Under the pieces are notes generated by a model. That model saw only the letters and a program-made list of their open reading frames with translations. It had not been told where the DNA came from and made no database searches. The position numbers and the translations under genes were made by a program. This document shows positions 41,465-55,257 of a DNA stretch of 64,000 nucleotides, piece after piece. The stretch lies in NCBI RefSeq assembly GCF_009914755.1, contig NC_060928.1; one strand, 5' to 3'. Positions within the stretch are counted from its first letter, which is position 1, and every line of letters starts with the position of its first letter. The stretch is from the human T2T-CHM13v2.0 reference genome, Homo sapiens.

Positions 41465-41729
41465 TATTTGATAATTTTCCTTCTCTGTTTTCTCTACTTC
41501 ATTTCTAGTATAGCTAGTAAGAGATATTGGTTCCTGTTCTGATACTCTGATTTTCTTAACATTTACCTTCTATTTTCCATAACATTTAATTTTGTCATGC
41601 TTCAGTGAGACTTTATAAACTTTATTATTAAAATGTTCTACTGATTTTCTTTGCTATTACATGTCCAATTCCCAAGAACGTTTTCTAAGTAGACCGATCT
41701 AACTTTATGCTTGCATGACATTAAAAACA

Positions 41730-43860
41730 TTTAAAATAAAGTACAGCATACATAAAGAAAAGCATACAAGTTAAGAGTCCACAGTTCAATAAATATTCAA
41801 AATTTGAACACATTTGTGTAGTCACCAAACAAATATTTAAAAGGAGCATCATTAGCACTTGCAGAACCCCTGCCCTTTGCATCTAGTAGCCAACCACCCA
41901 CACACTCCTGCCTCAATGGAAACCATTATCCTGGCTTCTAAAAACACTGAATGATTTTAACTCCTTTTACAGTTTATATATGTTGAAATATATTTATGTA
42001 CCCTTTTGTGTTTGTTTAATTTTACTCAGTAGTATTTGTGTGAGGCTATAATTCATTTGTTCTTATTGCTGTTATTTGTTAACCTGAATATACTACATTT
42101 ATTTATCCATCCTAATACTAATAAGCATTTGGTTTCTTTCCAATTTTTAGCTATTATAAATAATGCTTCAAATAACAGTGTTGTACATGTCCTTTTACGA
42201 ATGTATGTTCAAAAATATTTTAAATATATATCCAACAGTGGAGTCCCTGGGTTATAGGATAAACCATAATAGATACTTCCAAAACATTTTCCAAAGGAAT
42301 TATTCTAATTTTCACTCCCACCAGGAATAAATACATAAAGGTTCCAGTTTCTCTATATTTTTTGTCATTACTTAGTGTTGTAATTAGTTTATTTTTAGCT
42401 GTGTTGGTGGGTGGATTCTCATTATTTAATTTATTGTCTGAAAAACTTTACCAAATAATATTGATATTCCTTATTTGAAAGGTGAATTTTTTTTTCTGCC
42501 TGGACTTCATTTATTGAGGGTGTGTTGAATCTTTTCTCTTTTTGCTTTCAATTTGTTTTATCAGTAATTATTTTTAAGGTTAATTTTCTGGGTGTAGACA
42601 TTAGGAAGACAACGTTCTGACTACTGCATTATTTCCGTTAAGTAACCTGCTGTCTTATTGCTGCTGCTTTAAAGAAATATGCCTATTCTTTTTAAACAGA
42701 TTTTAGCAATTTATCTTTGTCTTTGATTTAAATAATTTCATCATGGTGCATGGGGTTTTGTTTGCATTTTACCTACTTGAGGTTCATGCTGTTTAATAAA
42801 TTTGTGGCACAAAATTATGGTATTCATCAGTTTTGTAAAATTATCAATAATAATATTCTCAACAGTTGATTGATTTTAATGTTTACTGAGGTGTTATTAA
42901 TATTCAATGAATTTATATTTAACATGTGAAATTAAAACATACATATATATAGTAATTGATCACCATCATCAAGATGTTTATTATTCCCCAAAATTTCCTA
43001 ATGCTCAATTCTAACCTTTTACTCCTACCCTTCTCCCCAATCTATCCCAGATAAACCATTAATCTGCTTTTCATTATGTTAGATGTGTTTGCATTTTATA
43101 AAATTTTATAAATTGGAATCATAGGGTGTGTATTTTTTGTTTGACTTTTCAGTATAATTATTTTAATATTTATAGATGTTTTCACTTTTTCCTTTTTCAT
43201 TGCTGAGAAGTATTCGTTGTATGGATATATCACAATTTGTTTATTTAACAACTGATGGCCATTTGAGTTGATTTCAGATTTAGTTACTGCAAAAAAAAAT
43301 TGCTAAGAACATCTGTATACATATGCTTTGTACCGGCATATGATTTTATTCCTCTCGGATAAATACCCTGGAGTGTAATGGCTGGATCATGTAGAAGTTA
43401 TTTATTCAACTTTTTAAGAAACTGCAAGTTTTTCAGAGTGGTTGTACCATTTAACATTCTCATCATCAGTGCATCAGAGTGACAGTTCATATTCTTCAGT
43501 TGAAAGATGTATAGTTGTATCAAATTGTGGTTTTAACTGGCGTTTTCTTAATGACTAAAGGCGTTGCATATCATTTTATCTGATTATTTCCTATTTATAT
43601 ATCTTCTTTTGTGTAATGTCTGTCAAATATATTCCTGGAATTGTGGTGTGTGTTTCTTATCACTGAGTTCTGAGAGCTCTTTATATATTCTGGATAAAAA
43701 AATTATAAGATTTAAAAACATATATTATTACTATGTGACATGTCTTTTCATTGACTTAAAATGCCCTTAAAAACCAGATTTTTTGTGAAATTTAACATAA
43801 CATTTTTCTCTATATAGACATATAGACTGTTTTTTTGGTGTCAAGTGATAAAATTTGTGC
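41730..43860 (-). mobile_element. Old L1ME/MB 3' fragments (at least two)
   Basis: ttccaatttttagctattataaataatgc and gagtggttgtaccatttaacattc. Confidence 0.7.
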
Positions 43861-44264
43861 TGTGAAGATTACATATTGGAGATATAGTTTTCTACTCTTA
43901 CATTTATACAATTCCTAGGGTTCTAATACACAATTTCTATATTGAGAAAATTTACTTCCTCAAATTATTCTTTTTATTCTACATTCCATAAAGTATATGG
44001 TGCTTTAAGCATGAGAGACTAAATGTATAATCTAACTTATAGTATATTTAAAAAGAAGAGACATGCTTTCCATGATACTTCATTTCTATTCCACTCCATG
44101 TCATATAAAGATATATTGTTTTGTTACCACATTATAAGCAGTATAAACCAAGAGAATAAAGAAAGCATCAGTGTTCAATGCATAAAATTAGAGATAACAT
44201 TCTTTTGCAAAACTTTGGTTTCATACATAGAAAGGCATGTACTCAAAAAATATATGTTACTGTT

Positions 44265-44545
44265 GCCAGGTGTGGTAGCTTATGCCTGTAATCCCAGCAC
44301 TTTGGAAGGCTGAAGTGGGAGGATCACTTGAGCTCAGGAGATCTAGACCAAACTGAGCAACCTAGGAAGGACCTGTGTCTACAAAACGTAAAAATAAAAA
44401 ATTAGCCAGGTGTAGTGGTACATGCCTGTAGCCCCAGCACGAGGTAGGAAAACCAATTGAGCCCAGGAGGTTGAGGTTGCAGTAAGCCATGATAGCACCA
44501 CTGCACTCCAGCTTGGGCAACAGAGTGAGACCCTATCTAAAAAAT
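44265..44545 (+). mobile_element. AluJ
   Basis: gtgggaggatcacttgagctcaggag...gagcccaggaggttgagg. Confidence 0.9.
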
Positions 44546-44552
44546 TTGTTTA

Positions 44553-44720
44553 AATATGTATATATATATATGTACATACATATATTTATGACATACATAT
44601 AGTTAGTATCCTGTGTTATGATATAATAAGTATCTCAGTATAGATCTTAGATACACAAACACACATATATATGTATGTATACATGTATATATGTGTGTAT
44701 ATGTACATTAAACACACACA
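44553..44720. repeat. (TA/CA)n low complexity
   Basis: Interrupted alternating runs. Confidence 0.75.
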
Positions 44721-44941
44721 ATATTGAAAGCTGCAGTTCTAAAGAAAGATTCTATAGCAGTAAAATGTTGCTTACAATAAAAGCAATATTTCACATTATT
44801 TCATAAAAAAACCACAAAATATTGGTTCCCACAGAACGATAGTTACTGTAAAATTCTGTTGCCTGTTTATTGATTATGATTCCATTTTATATTTATGATA
44901 CTCAGTTTTCAAATTTTTGGTGGTTCTAGAACTAAGAAACC

Positions 44942-45454
44942 TTAAATGTTTGAGGGGATGGATACCCCATTCTTCATGATGTGCTTATTTCACATTGCAT
45001 GCCTGAATCAAAACATCTCATGCACCTCATAAATATATGTATACCCACTGATATGGTTTGGCTGTGTCCCCACCCAAATCTCACATAGAATTGTAATAAT
45101 AATCCCCACATGTCAAGGGCAGGGCCAGGTGGAGATAACTGAATCATGGGTGGCAGTTTCCCCCATATGGTTCTCATGGTAGGGAATAAGTCTCATGAGA
45201 TCTGATGGTTTTATAAATGTGAGTTCTCCTGCACAAGCTCTCTTGCCTGCTGCCATGTAAGACATGCCTTTGCTTCTCCTTTGCCTTCTGCCATGATTGT
45301 GAGTTCTCCCTAGCCATGTGGAACTGTGAATCCATTAAACTTCTTTCCTTTATAAATAACCCAATCTTGATATGTCTTAATTATAAGCGTGAGAACAGAC
45401 TAATACACCTACTATGTACCCACAAAATTAAAAATTAAAGTTAAATTTTGAAAA
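44942..45454 (+). mobile_element. Short L1MA(1-3-like) 3' end split by THE1
   Basis: gaggggatggataccccatt...[THE1]...cctactatgtacccacaaaattaaaaatt; TSD agaactaa(g/a)aaacc (44928 / 45455). Confidence 0.85.
45049..45407 (+). mobile_element. THE1 (B/C-like) solo LTR
   Basis: tgatatggtttggctgtgtccccacccaaatctca...agccatgtggaactgtga...gactaataca; TSD cccac/cctac. Confidence 0.95.
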
Positions 45455-46387
45455 AGAACTAAAAAACCATGTGCTTTCAAATGCATTTTCTAGTTTTCAC
45501 ATTATTACAAATAAAATCTGTTTTTGGCTTTAAAATTACCATATTTTAATCTTTATTATTTTTCATAAACATCTCATATTCTTAAGGCCATTTTTAATCA
45601 TACCTCAAGTTCAAGATACTACTTTCAATTCTACGCCAACAGAGTATCCTATTCTTAAGGATATGTCATAGAAATGAGTCTAAAGGTATTAAAAAAATTG
45701 GAAGCTGTACTTATCCCTTCCACATTATTGTCCAGGAATACATGTATTTTCCTATATTTTCTCTTTTAACCATATGACTAATGACTCCTTAGGTTCAGCT
45801 GCTAAACATGATAATATTAGTAAAAATAAGAGTGATTATATCCACAGCCTGTGCCCTCATGATGTTCACGGGTTTAGGAAAGACAAAAATAGTATACAAA
45901 ATTTGGGTGTGGGGTAAAAATGATAAACTGTGTATCAAACTATCTTATAGGATAAATAAAATAGGAATCAGGAAAGGGAGAGAGAAGGCAGAGAATCTGA
46001 AAAGGAAATACAGAACAAAGCAACTAGTCTCATTATGAAAGAAAGATCATATTTTTAAATCATAAAAGAAGGATTAGAAGTACAAAGAAAGAAGTAGACA
46101 CGTTATAGAATGCCTAGTACATAATTAGCCTCATAAAAATACAATATGAATCTAGGTCCAGAACAGATAATGCTTAAGTGACTAGGTGAAAATAGCCTTT
46201 CTGGTCTTGTAAAATGCCTGAATAATTTCCTGACATCACGTTTAATGCACTAACGATATTTTCTCCTTAGCTCCTTTGTTTGAAATTACCAGATAGAATC
46301 ATTGTTACTGAGAATTCCTTAATATTTATCAATTATTGTTATTTTTGTCATTGTATGTGTTTTTCTTCTATCATAGCAACCTTTTAA

Positions 46388-46700
<313 letters not shown>

Positions 46701-48604
46701 TCATATCCTTTTTTTGTTATTCAATTTTCTATTTCACTAGTCAGAATTAAGAATGTGCTTCTAACACGTAATGCACAAAGCAAAAGACTAAGATCTAAAT
46801 AGGGCAGCCTTAAATTCAGTGAAAAATATAAAAAATATATAAGCATCACTATATTCATAAAAAGCTAATACATGCCACACTCATTCACTCTCTGCTACTA
46901 TAAATGGCTGCTTTGACAACCGTATATTGTTTTGATGTTTTACGCAGTGAATATTATTGGACTCTGAACAAGTCCTTTGCAGTTTAAAGCCTATAAATTG
47001 GTTGTATGTTACAGAGAAATAAACTTTAAAATGTCTCCTGTGTGTACCTGTTCATTGGTCCAATAACTTGCCTTATGGTCATGCCCACATTCAATAATCA
47101 TCATTATGGAAATAACAATGCTTGTCTGTTCCAACCAGTAGTATCAACAGATGCTAAGAGTACTAGAAATCACACAGGCTTTCATGCGTGCTTTTTTTTA
47201 GACTGACTGCTTTTGACTAGGGAATATATTTATGAGGGTATTTTCATTCTTTTCCCCACCTGTTTTAATCTTCAAATAACTCAAACTCCTGTTCCATAAT
47301 GTTAGTGCTTCAATATGGTCTCCTTTATGTCCTCTTCTTTTATCTACTGCTCAGAAGAACTTACCAAAAACTTCAGAAGAGGTATCAAAGAGTCATAAAA
47401 GCTCTGAAACACCCTGGGATGACACCATCCAATTACTATATAGTTGAAAAACATTTTTGAAAAAAAAAATTTTGCCAAATGGAGTTTAAAAGTATTGGCT
47501 AAACACATTTCAAAGTATTAATTGTATCCATAGTTATTCAGATATATGTGGTTATATACAAAAAATGTTTTGGAAAACAGAAGTACTAAATGGCTATAAA
47601 CTTTGAAGAAAATATTATGTGTCAAGTTTTTTTCTCTGTAAAGATTAGTTTGCATTTTATAGCATTTATATCAATGGAATCATACACATGTATTTTTTAG
47701 AGGAAGGGCTGCCTTTTGTCATTCAGCATACTTATTTTTAGATTATGCATCCATTTGATCAATAGTTTATTTATTTTATTTCTGATTAGAAATCAATTGC
47801 ATGAATATATTAAAATTTATGTATCCATTTGCCTGTTTATGGACAGCGCATTTTCTTGCTTTGCGTTATTACAAATAAAGCTGCTGTGAATATAATGCAC
47901 ATGCCTTGTATGAACATATGCTGTCATGTCTCATGAGCAAATATCTAGTATTGGAATGGCTGAATAGTACGATAGTTGTAGGTTTAACTTAAAAAAAAAA
48001 AAAAAGCATTGTCAGTGTATTTTCCAAAGTGGTCATACCAACTTACCTTTTCATAAACAGTGTATGAGATTTCTAAATGTTCCACAATCTGACCAACACT
48101 TGACACAGTCAGTCTTTTAAAATTCTAGCCATTCTAATAGGTCTGTAGTGGTTTATAAGTGTGATTTAAATTTGTATTTTTATTATAACTAATAACGCTG
48201 AGCATCATTCTTGAGATTCTTGGGTAAAGTGTTTGAATAGTTTGTCCATTTTTTAAATTTAGGTTCTTTGTTTTCTTATTACATTTTGAGAATTTTTTAT
48301 ATGTCATACATTTGTCCCAGTCTATGGCTTGTATTTTCATCCCTTTAACAAGCCCTTTCAAAAATCAGAAGTTTTAAATTTCAATAAAGTTAAATTTAAC
48401 CATTTTTCTCTTTGGATTATACTTTTGGCATCATATCACTAAATTTTTGCCCAATACAAGGTCACAATTATTTTTTTCTAGATGTTTTACAGTTTTAGAT
48501 TTTGCATTTGATCAATAATACATTTTAGTTCATTTTTGTATTTGTTGCAAAGTAGAAAAATTTATTTGGTGGGAAGGAGTTGGATACCCAGCTCCTCCAG
48601 TCCC

Positions 48605-48894
48605 TTTTTTTTTTTTTTTTTTTTTTTTAAAGACAGGGTCTGGCTTTGTTACCCAGCCTGGAGTGCAGGGGCACAATCTTGGCTCACTGCAACCTCCGCC
48701 TCTTGGGCTCAGGTGATCCTCCCACCTCAGCCTCTGAATAGCTGGGACAACAGCTATGTACCACCACACCTGGCTCATTTTTTATTATTTTTTTGTAGAG
48801 ATGGGGTTTCACTATGTTGGCCAGGCCGGTCTCAAACTCCTGGACTTAAGTGATCTGCCCACCTTGCCCTCCAAAAGGGCTGGGATTACAGGCC
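48605..48894 (-). mobile_element. AluJ
   Basis: agacagggtct...gggctcaggtgatcctcccacctcagcc. Confidence 0.9.
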
Positions 48895-49084
48895 TGCTCC
48901 AATACTATTTGTTGAAAGTCTATCCTTTCCCCATGAATCTGTCTTTGCACTTTTTTCAAAAATCAATTTTCTATACATGTATAAGTCTATTTCTAAACAC
49001 TGTATTCTGTTCCATTGATATTTTTGTCTATAGTTTGGCCAATGTCACAGTTTTATGATAAAGTTAAGCATTATAATAAATGCC

Positions 49085-49373
49085 TTTTTTTAAAGAGACA
49101 GGGTCTCAGGCTCTCACTCTGTCACCCAGGCTGGAGTGCAGTGGTGCAATTTTGGCTCACTGAAGCCTCAACCTTCCAAGCTTCCCACCTCAGCTTCTCC
49201 AGTAGCTAGTACCAAAGGCATATGCCACCATGGCTAATTTTTGTATTTTTTGTGGAGACGGGGTTTTTTTGTGTTGCCTAGGCTATACTTGAACTCCTTA
49301 GCTCAGGCGATCCACCCACCTCAGCCTCCCAAAGTTCTGGGATTACCAAAGTCATGAGCCACCATGCCAGGCC
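49085..49373 (-). mobile_element. AluJ, degenerate
   Basis: gagacagggtctc...gttgcctaggct...gagcccaccatgccaggcc. Confidence 0.85.
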
Positions 49374-49503
49374 TATAATAAGTGTTGAAATCAGGTAGTT
49401 TTAGCCACCCATATTAGGTTTTCTTTTTCAAAATTGTTTGGGATTTTTGTTTGTTTGCTTTTTTCTTCTTTTTTTGCATATCCACATAAATTTTAGAATT
49501 GTA

Positions 49504-49650
49504 CAGATGTTCCTTAACTTACAATGGGATTATGTCCTGATAAACCATTTGTAAGTTGAAAATATGTCAAAAATCTATTTAATACGTCTAATCTATTGAA
49601 CATCATAGCTTAGCCTAGCTTACATTAAATGTGCTCAGAACACTTACATA
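49504..49650. mobile_element. Tigger2/Tigger2a terminal fragment
   Basis: TA-cagatgttccttaacttacaatgggattatgtcctgataaacc...catcatagcttagcctagc. Confidence 0.8.
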
Positions 49651-49704
49651 AAAATTAATTGTGGTAATGATTTGTGAACATACTAAAACCAACGAATTGT
49701 ACTT

Positions 49705-50565
49705 AAATCAACAAGCAAAAAATAACTCCATTTAAAAATGAGCAAATGACATGAACAGGCATTTCTCAAAAGAAAACATACAAGTGACCAACAAAAATAC
49801 AAAAAAATGCTCATCACTAATCATCAGAGAAATGAAAATCAAACCCACAATAAGATACCATCTCACATCAGTCAGAGTGTGTTTTGTTAAACAGTCAAAA
49901 ATAACAGATGTTTGTGAGGCTGTGAAGAAAAGGAAACACTTATACACTGTCAATGAGAATGTGAATTAGTTCAGCAACTGTGGAGAGCATTTTGAAAATT
50001 TCCCAAGGAACTAAGAGTTGAACTACTATTCAATCCAGGAGTCCCCTTACTAAGCATATACCCAAAGGAAAATAACTTATTCTACCAAAAAAGACACGTG
50101 CCCATATGTTCATCACAGCACTATTTACAATAGCAAAGACATGGAATCAACCAAGGTGCCCATCACCAGTGGACTGGATTGAGAAAATGTGGCACATATA
50201 CATCATGGAATACTACACAGCCATAAAAAAGAATAAAATCATGTCCTTTGCAGCAACATGGAGGTACCTGGAGGCTATTTCCTTAAGCAAAGTAATGTGG
50301 AAACAGGAAACCAAATATCTCATGTCCTCACTTACAAGTAGGACCAAAATTTTGGGTATACATGGACATAAAGATAGAATAAGAGATGTGAGGGAGAGAA
50401 TGGGACAAGCACTGAAAAACTACATGCAGGGTACTATGCTTACTACCAAAGTGTTGGATTCATTTATACTCCAAGATTCACCATGCCACAATATAGTTTT
50501 GTAACAAGGCTGCACATGTACCCACTGATACTAAAATAAAAGCTGAAAAGAAAACAAAAATAAAT
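49705..50565 (+). mobile_element. L1PA-old/L1PB 3' end (ORF2 C-terminus plus 3' UTR)
   Basis: ORFs [11 protein letters not shown]...IIREM and MFITALFTIAKTWNQPRCPS...; aataaa and A tail. Confidence 0.92.
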
Positions 50566-51252
50566 AAATGGTAGTATTATGTAGTCTGTAAATTATACCT
50601 CAACAAAGCTATTTGAAATATATATATGTACATATTTTTTAAAATGAGGACCATAGAATAAAATAAATCTTATAATGTAGAAAATGTATGGTACTACATA
50701 GATACTTGGTAATCAGTAGGCTTCCTAGAGGAAATGACAAGTAAATAAGAATGTGAATACTGGTTTTGAAATAGTTAGGTGAGGCTTCAGCACAGATATA
50801 TTTTTATAAAGAAGGTAAGGTAAACAAAAAAAGAAGAATTCCAGTTAGAAAAAAATAGCAGGTTCTAAGACTCAGGAGTAATCAAATTTGTGGCAGATGA
50901 AGGAAACTGAAGACACCCAAATGTAGAATGTTTGCTGGCAGTTGGAAGGTAGAAAAAAGAAGAGTAGCCAATGAGGCTGGAGAATATCATGGAGACCATT
51001 ATAAACCAGAATAAGATGTTGAGAATTCTTCTTAAGGTTACCTAGATATGATTAAAGACTCGATTAAGGGTTCACTTTATCAAATATACCTGGTCACAAG
51101 TAGGCTAGTTTTAAAATGGAGCTTATATATAGCAAACAAAGAAGAAAACTATATAAGAAAATTACATCTTTATTATCTATGACTGATTTTGGTCTTGACC
51201 TATCAAAATGGGAAAATATTAATTTCTTACATCTACACTATTATTTAAAGTA

Positions 51253-51585
51253 CATGATGGTTAATTTTAACTGCCAACTTGATTGAACAATGAGATGCCC
51301 AGGTATTTAATAAAACATTATTTCTGGGTGTATTTGTGAGGATATTTCTGGATGAGAATAGCATTTAAATCAGTAGACTGAGTAAAGCAGATTGCCCTCC
51401 CCAATGTGGGGTCATCATCAAATCCCTGGATGGACTGAGTTTAACAAATCACTAGTTTCCCTGGGTCCCTAGCTTTCAGATACTCAATTACGGGACATCT
51501 CAGTTTCCATAATTGCATGAGCTAATTTCTTATAACAAACTTATTCATTTTGGTTCTGTCATTCCGGAGAACACTAATTAATACA
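51253..51585 (+). mobile_element. MLT2 (C/D-like) 5' LTR of an ERVL provirus
   Basis: tgatggttaatttt...aaacattatttctgggtgt...gactgagtaaagcagattgccctccccaatgtggg...taataca. Confidence 0.88.
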
Positions 51586-54500
51586 GGTTTTGTAACAGAG
51601 AGTGATTCTAGAGGAACAGATTTTAAGGATGATTTTTCTGGATTAGTTCTGGGATTTCTGAAATTGAGTTAATAATCTAATTGTACTTATAGATGCTAAT
51701 AATTCTATTTCTAATAGTAAAGAGAGCACCAATTTTCCATGGTGGAACCTGGCAATGGAGATACACAAAACATCTCTATTGGATCTCTTAATCAACCACT
51801 TATAAGAAGCAAGGAGCTGGGTGACTATGTGTCTTATGCTTTAGAAATTTTTGAAAAACTAATGAATATAATGAGGTTATCAGGGGCCCCTAATGTCACT
51901 GGACAAAGTGATGACAAAAAAGGATGAATTCAGGGATTCACCTTCCCAGTGCAAGTACTTCATAAATGACCTAAAAGTTTCTATCTGTGCCCTGAAAGAG
52001 ACATATATCTCTTTTAGCAACAGGGATGAGACTGCTGAAAATTCAACACAGACTCTTATCCTTCCACTGGCTGAATTTCAATACAGCCTCACAGGGTATC
52101 CTATCCTCACAGGGTATCTACTGTTAAAACGAGGGCATTGATTGGAAAGGAATAGGATGTAGTAAATTGAAATGGGGATGTGTGGAAAAGCCCTGATAGA
52201 ACTGAGGACATTGAACCCCTAAATTCTGATGAGTCTTCTTTACCTAATGAGGACAAACTGTTGCACCTGAACCTTACTTTTGAAGTAACCTCCCCACCCA
52301 CAGTATAAGATGCCTCTCCATTTTCAGTGGTATTAGCCTCTCTACACTTGTCTGAGGAGTTTAACCCTGCATTACCGGAGAAAGCTATAATGGCCTTCCC
52401 CAAGGCTTTTGTTATGCCAGGCCGTGCTGATTCTTCTCAGGGCCCACACCACAAGCCCTTTTTTCTTCTAAACATATAACCAGACTCAAGTTCCACCAGG
52501 CCCCTAAAAGTGAGGCCCAAGCTGTGACAGATGAGGAGGTGCACTATACTCAAAAAGAGCTTTTTGAGTTTTCTAACTTATAGAGACAAAAATCTAGGGA
52601 ACATGTGTGAGAACAGACAATAAAGATGTTGGATGATGATGGAAAGAACATAAAGCCAAGACAAATTTATTGATAAAGGTTCACTAAGCAGATATTCTGC
52701 ATTTAATGTTACAGCTCAGGGACTTAGGAAGAGCTCCGTTTGGTTTGTTGGCTGGTTGAAACATGGACCAAAATGTGGCCTAAAGTGAGCAAATTAGAAA
52801 TGCCAGACCTTCCTTGATTTGTGTATAGAGAAAGGGATTCAGAGGCTTAGGGAAATTAGAATGTTAGAGTGCATTTGTCATTTAAGACCTACTCATTAAT
52901 CCTGAGAGGGTCCATAAAACATAAGTATACTGTAAAAAATAAATTTGTGAGGGAAACCGTGGCATTCCTGAAGAGCTGTGTAATCACACTTCTCTGCAAG
53001 CCAAATCTTACAGTGAGAACTGCAGCCACAGAATTGGGAAGCCTAAATGCAATGAGAGTAATTGGTTACCATGGTGACAGCAGCCAATTGGTGCTACTAG
53101 ACTGCCAAAAGCAAGGTGGGCGTGGTTACTGTAAGGAACAGCAGAATCAAAGCAGCAATCAGAATAATCTATCCTGTGCAGATCTGTGGCACTGACTAGT
53201 TAACCATGGTGTTGTTAGAAGTGAAATAGGGAGCCTACTAAATTCTTATTGGATCCATATCAGCAGAAAAGTTCTAGGTTAAGTGAACAAAATTTAACCT
53301 GAATCATAAAAGCAAATAGTAATGGACCCTTAATCAATTCCCAGATTTGAACCAGTTTATAGACCCAGACTTACTGAATGAAAGAGATGCTGGATCTCCT
53401 TGAAGAAGAACTCCATGGTACACTATCAAAAATGTATAGTGTTCATCTTAATCTTTACACAAAGGATCTATGGCTTTTTACCATGTAACTGTTCTTTGGG
53501 GAAAATAAGATAATCAGAACTTTCAGGGACTTCTGGACACTGGCTCTGAAGTGACGTTGATTTCAGGAGACCCAAAATGTCACTATGATTCATGTGTCAG
53601 AAAAAGGGCTTATGGAGATCAGGTGATCAATGGCATTTTAGCCGAGGTCTGTGTGCTAGTAAGCCCAGTGGGTCCCTCAACCCATCCTATGATTATTTCC
53701 CCAGCTCCAGAATGCAAAATCGGGATAAATATTCTCAGCCACTGGCAGATTCTCCATAATGCTTCTATTATGTGTGGAATGTGAACTATTGTGATGAGAA
53801 AGGCCAAATGGAAGCCACTAGAATTGCCTATACCTAGAAAAGTAGTAAGTCAAAAGTAATACAGACAGCCCTGATTTACAATGGTTTGACTTATGATTTT
53901 TCAACTTTATGATGGGTTTATCAAGATGTAATCCCATAATAAATTGAGAAACATATGTACTGCATTATTGGAGTAATTGCAAAGACTAGTGTCACCATCA
54001 AGAATTTGAAGGATGCAGGGTGATGACTCCTAACACATCTCCATTCAACTTGCCTATTTGGTCTGTGGAGAAGACAGACAGATCTTGAAAAATGACAGTG
54101 GATTGCTGTAAACTTAACAAAGTGGTGACTCCAATTGCAGCTGCTGCTCCAGTAGCTTCATTGCTTGAACAGATTAACACATTCCCTGCTACTTGGTGCA
54201 TAGCTATTGATCTGACAAATATTTTTTACTCGATCACTTTTTCTGCATTCCTGTCCATAAGGTCCGACATAAACAGTTTACTTCTCAGCTGACAAAACTA
54301 ACAATACACTTTCATTCTCCTACCTCAGGGATATATCAACTCTCCAGCCCTATGTCATAATTTAATTTGGAGGTATTTTGATTGCTTTTTCCTTCTCCAC
54401 AGGATATCACTTTGGTCTATTACATTGATGAAATTGAGCTGATTGAATCTAGGGATCAAGAGGTAACAAATACTCTAAACTTATTGGTAAGTTTTTGAAG

Positions 54501-55188
54501 TCAGAAGGTGGGAAAGAGACCTGACAAATGTTTAAGGACCTACTACTGTAGTAAAATGTCTAGGGATCCAGGGATATGGGGCATGTCAAATTAGCCCTTC
54601 TAAGGTGAAGGATAAGCTAATGCACCTGGACCTTCCTCCAACCAAAAACGAGGCACTATGCTTAGTAAGCCGCCTTGGATTTTGGAAGCAACATATCCCT
54701 TATTAGGGTATGTCACTCCATGAATTTGGTGACTGGGTAAATGAGTATGTTGTGCCATTTATCAAGTGACCTGAAAGGCAGCTAGTATTGTATGGTGTCC
54801 AGAACAAGGGAAAGATCTACAGCAGGTCCAGGCTATTTGAAAACAGCTCTGCCACTTGGACCGTATGATCCAGTGGATCTAATGGTATTTGAAGTAGCAA
54901 ATAGGGTTGCATTTAGAGGCCTTTGGCAGGACTTATAGGTGAATCATATTGATGACTCTTCATATTATGAAGCAAACCCCTCTCATCTTCAAAAGATAAC
55001 TGTTCTCTTTTTGAGAAATAGTTCTTGACCAGCTGTTGGAGCTTATTAGAGACTGAATGCTGAATCAAAGGCCACCAAGTTACCATGTGACCTGAAATTC
55101 TCACTTTGACCTTGGTGTTAACTGACACACAAGAACCTGTAGGTAAGGAAGACTATGTCTGAAATACAGGATATCTCTTGTGGTGTCT
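51586..55188 (+). pseudogene. ERVL internal region: decayed gag-pro-pol with integrase largely deleted
   Basis: Protease LDTGS (53533-53547), [16 protein letters not shown] (from 54320) and YIDE in place of YIDD (54421); TVDCCKLNKVVTPIAAA; many stops and frameshifts. Confidence 0.92.
53862..53957. mobile_element. 96-bp minimal Tigger2 derivative
   Basis: Both Tigger2-type termini (cagacagccctgatttacaatgg ... ccataataaattgagaaacatatg) flanked by a TA duplication. Confidence 0.8.
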
Positions 55189-55257
55189 ATATGTATATAT
55201 AGATATAGATATAGATATAGTTTTTATATCCTTTTGGGAAGAAGCCTGACTAATAGA
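55189..55257 (+). mobile_element. Residual tail of the MLT2 3' LTR
   Basis: (ATATAG)n followed by ...gaagcctgactaataga, matching the MLT2 end. Confidence 0.6.

Larger units (their letters stand above)
47640..49500 (-). mobile_element. Old L1MB/ME 3' region with two nested AluJ
   Basis: attacaaataaagctgctgtgaat; ttttccaaagtgg; ORF remnant LVKGMKIQAIDWDK. Confidence 0.75.

Noticed and set aside
50106-50504. Longest ORF (132 aa)
   Set aside because: C-terminal remnant of L1 ORF2 reading into the 3' UTR, not a host gene.
52087-52118. 14-bp direct repeat in ERVL gag
   Set aside because: Ordinary slippage duplication in a dead element.
51739-54292. ERVL ORFs as a domesticated gag or pol gene
   Set aside because: Fragmented by stops, frameshifts and a Tigger insertion; RT catalytic motif altered.
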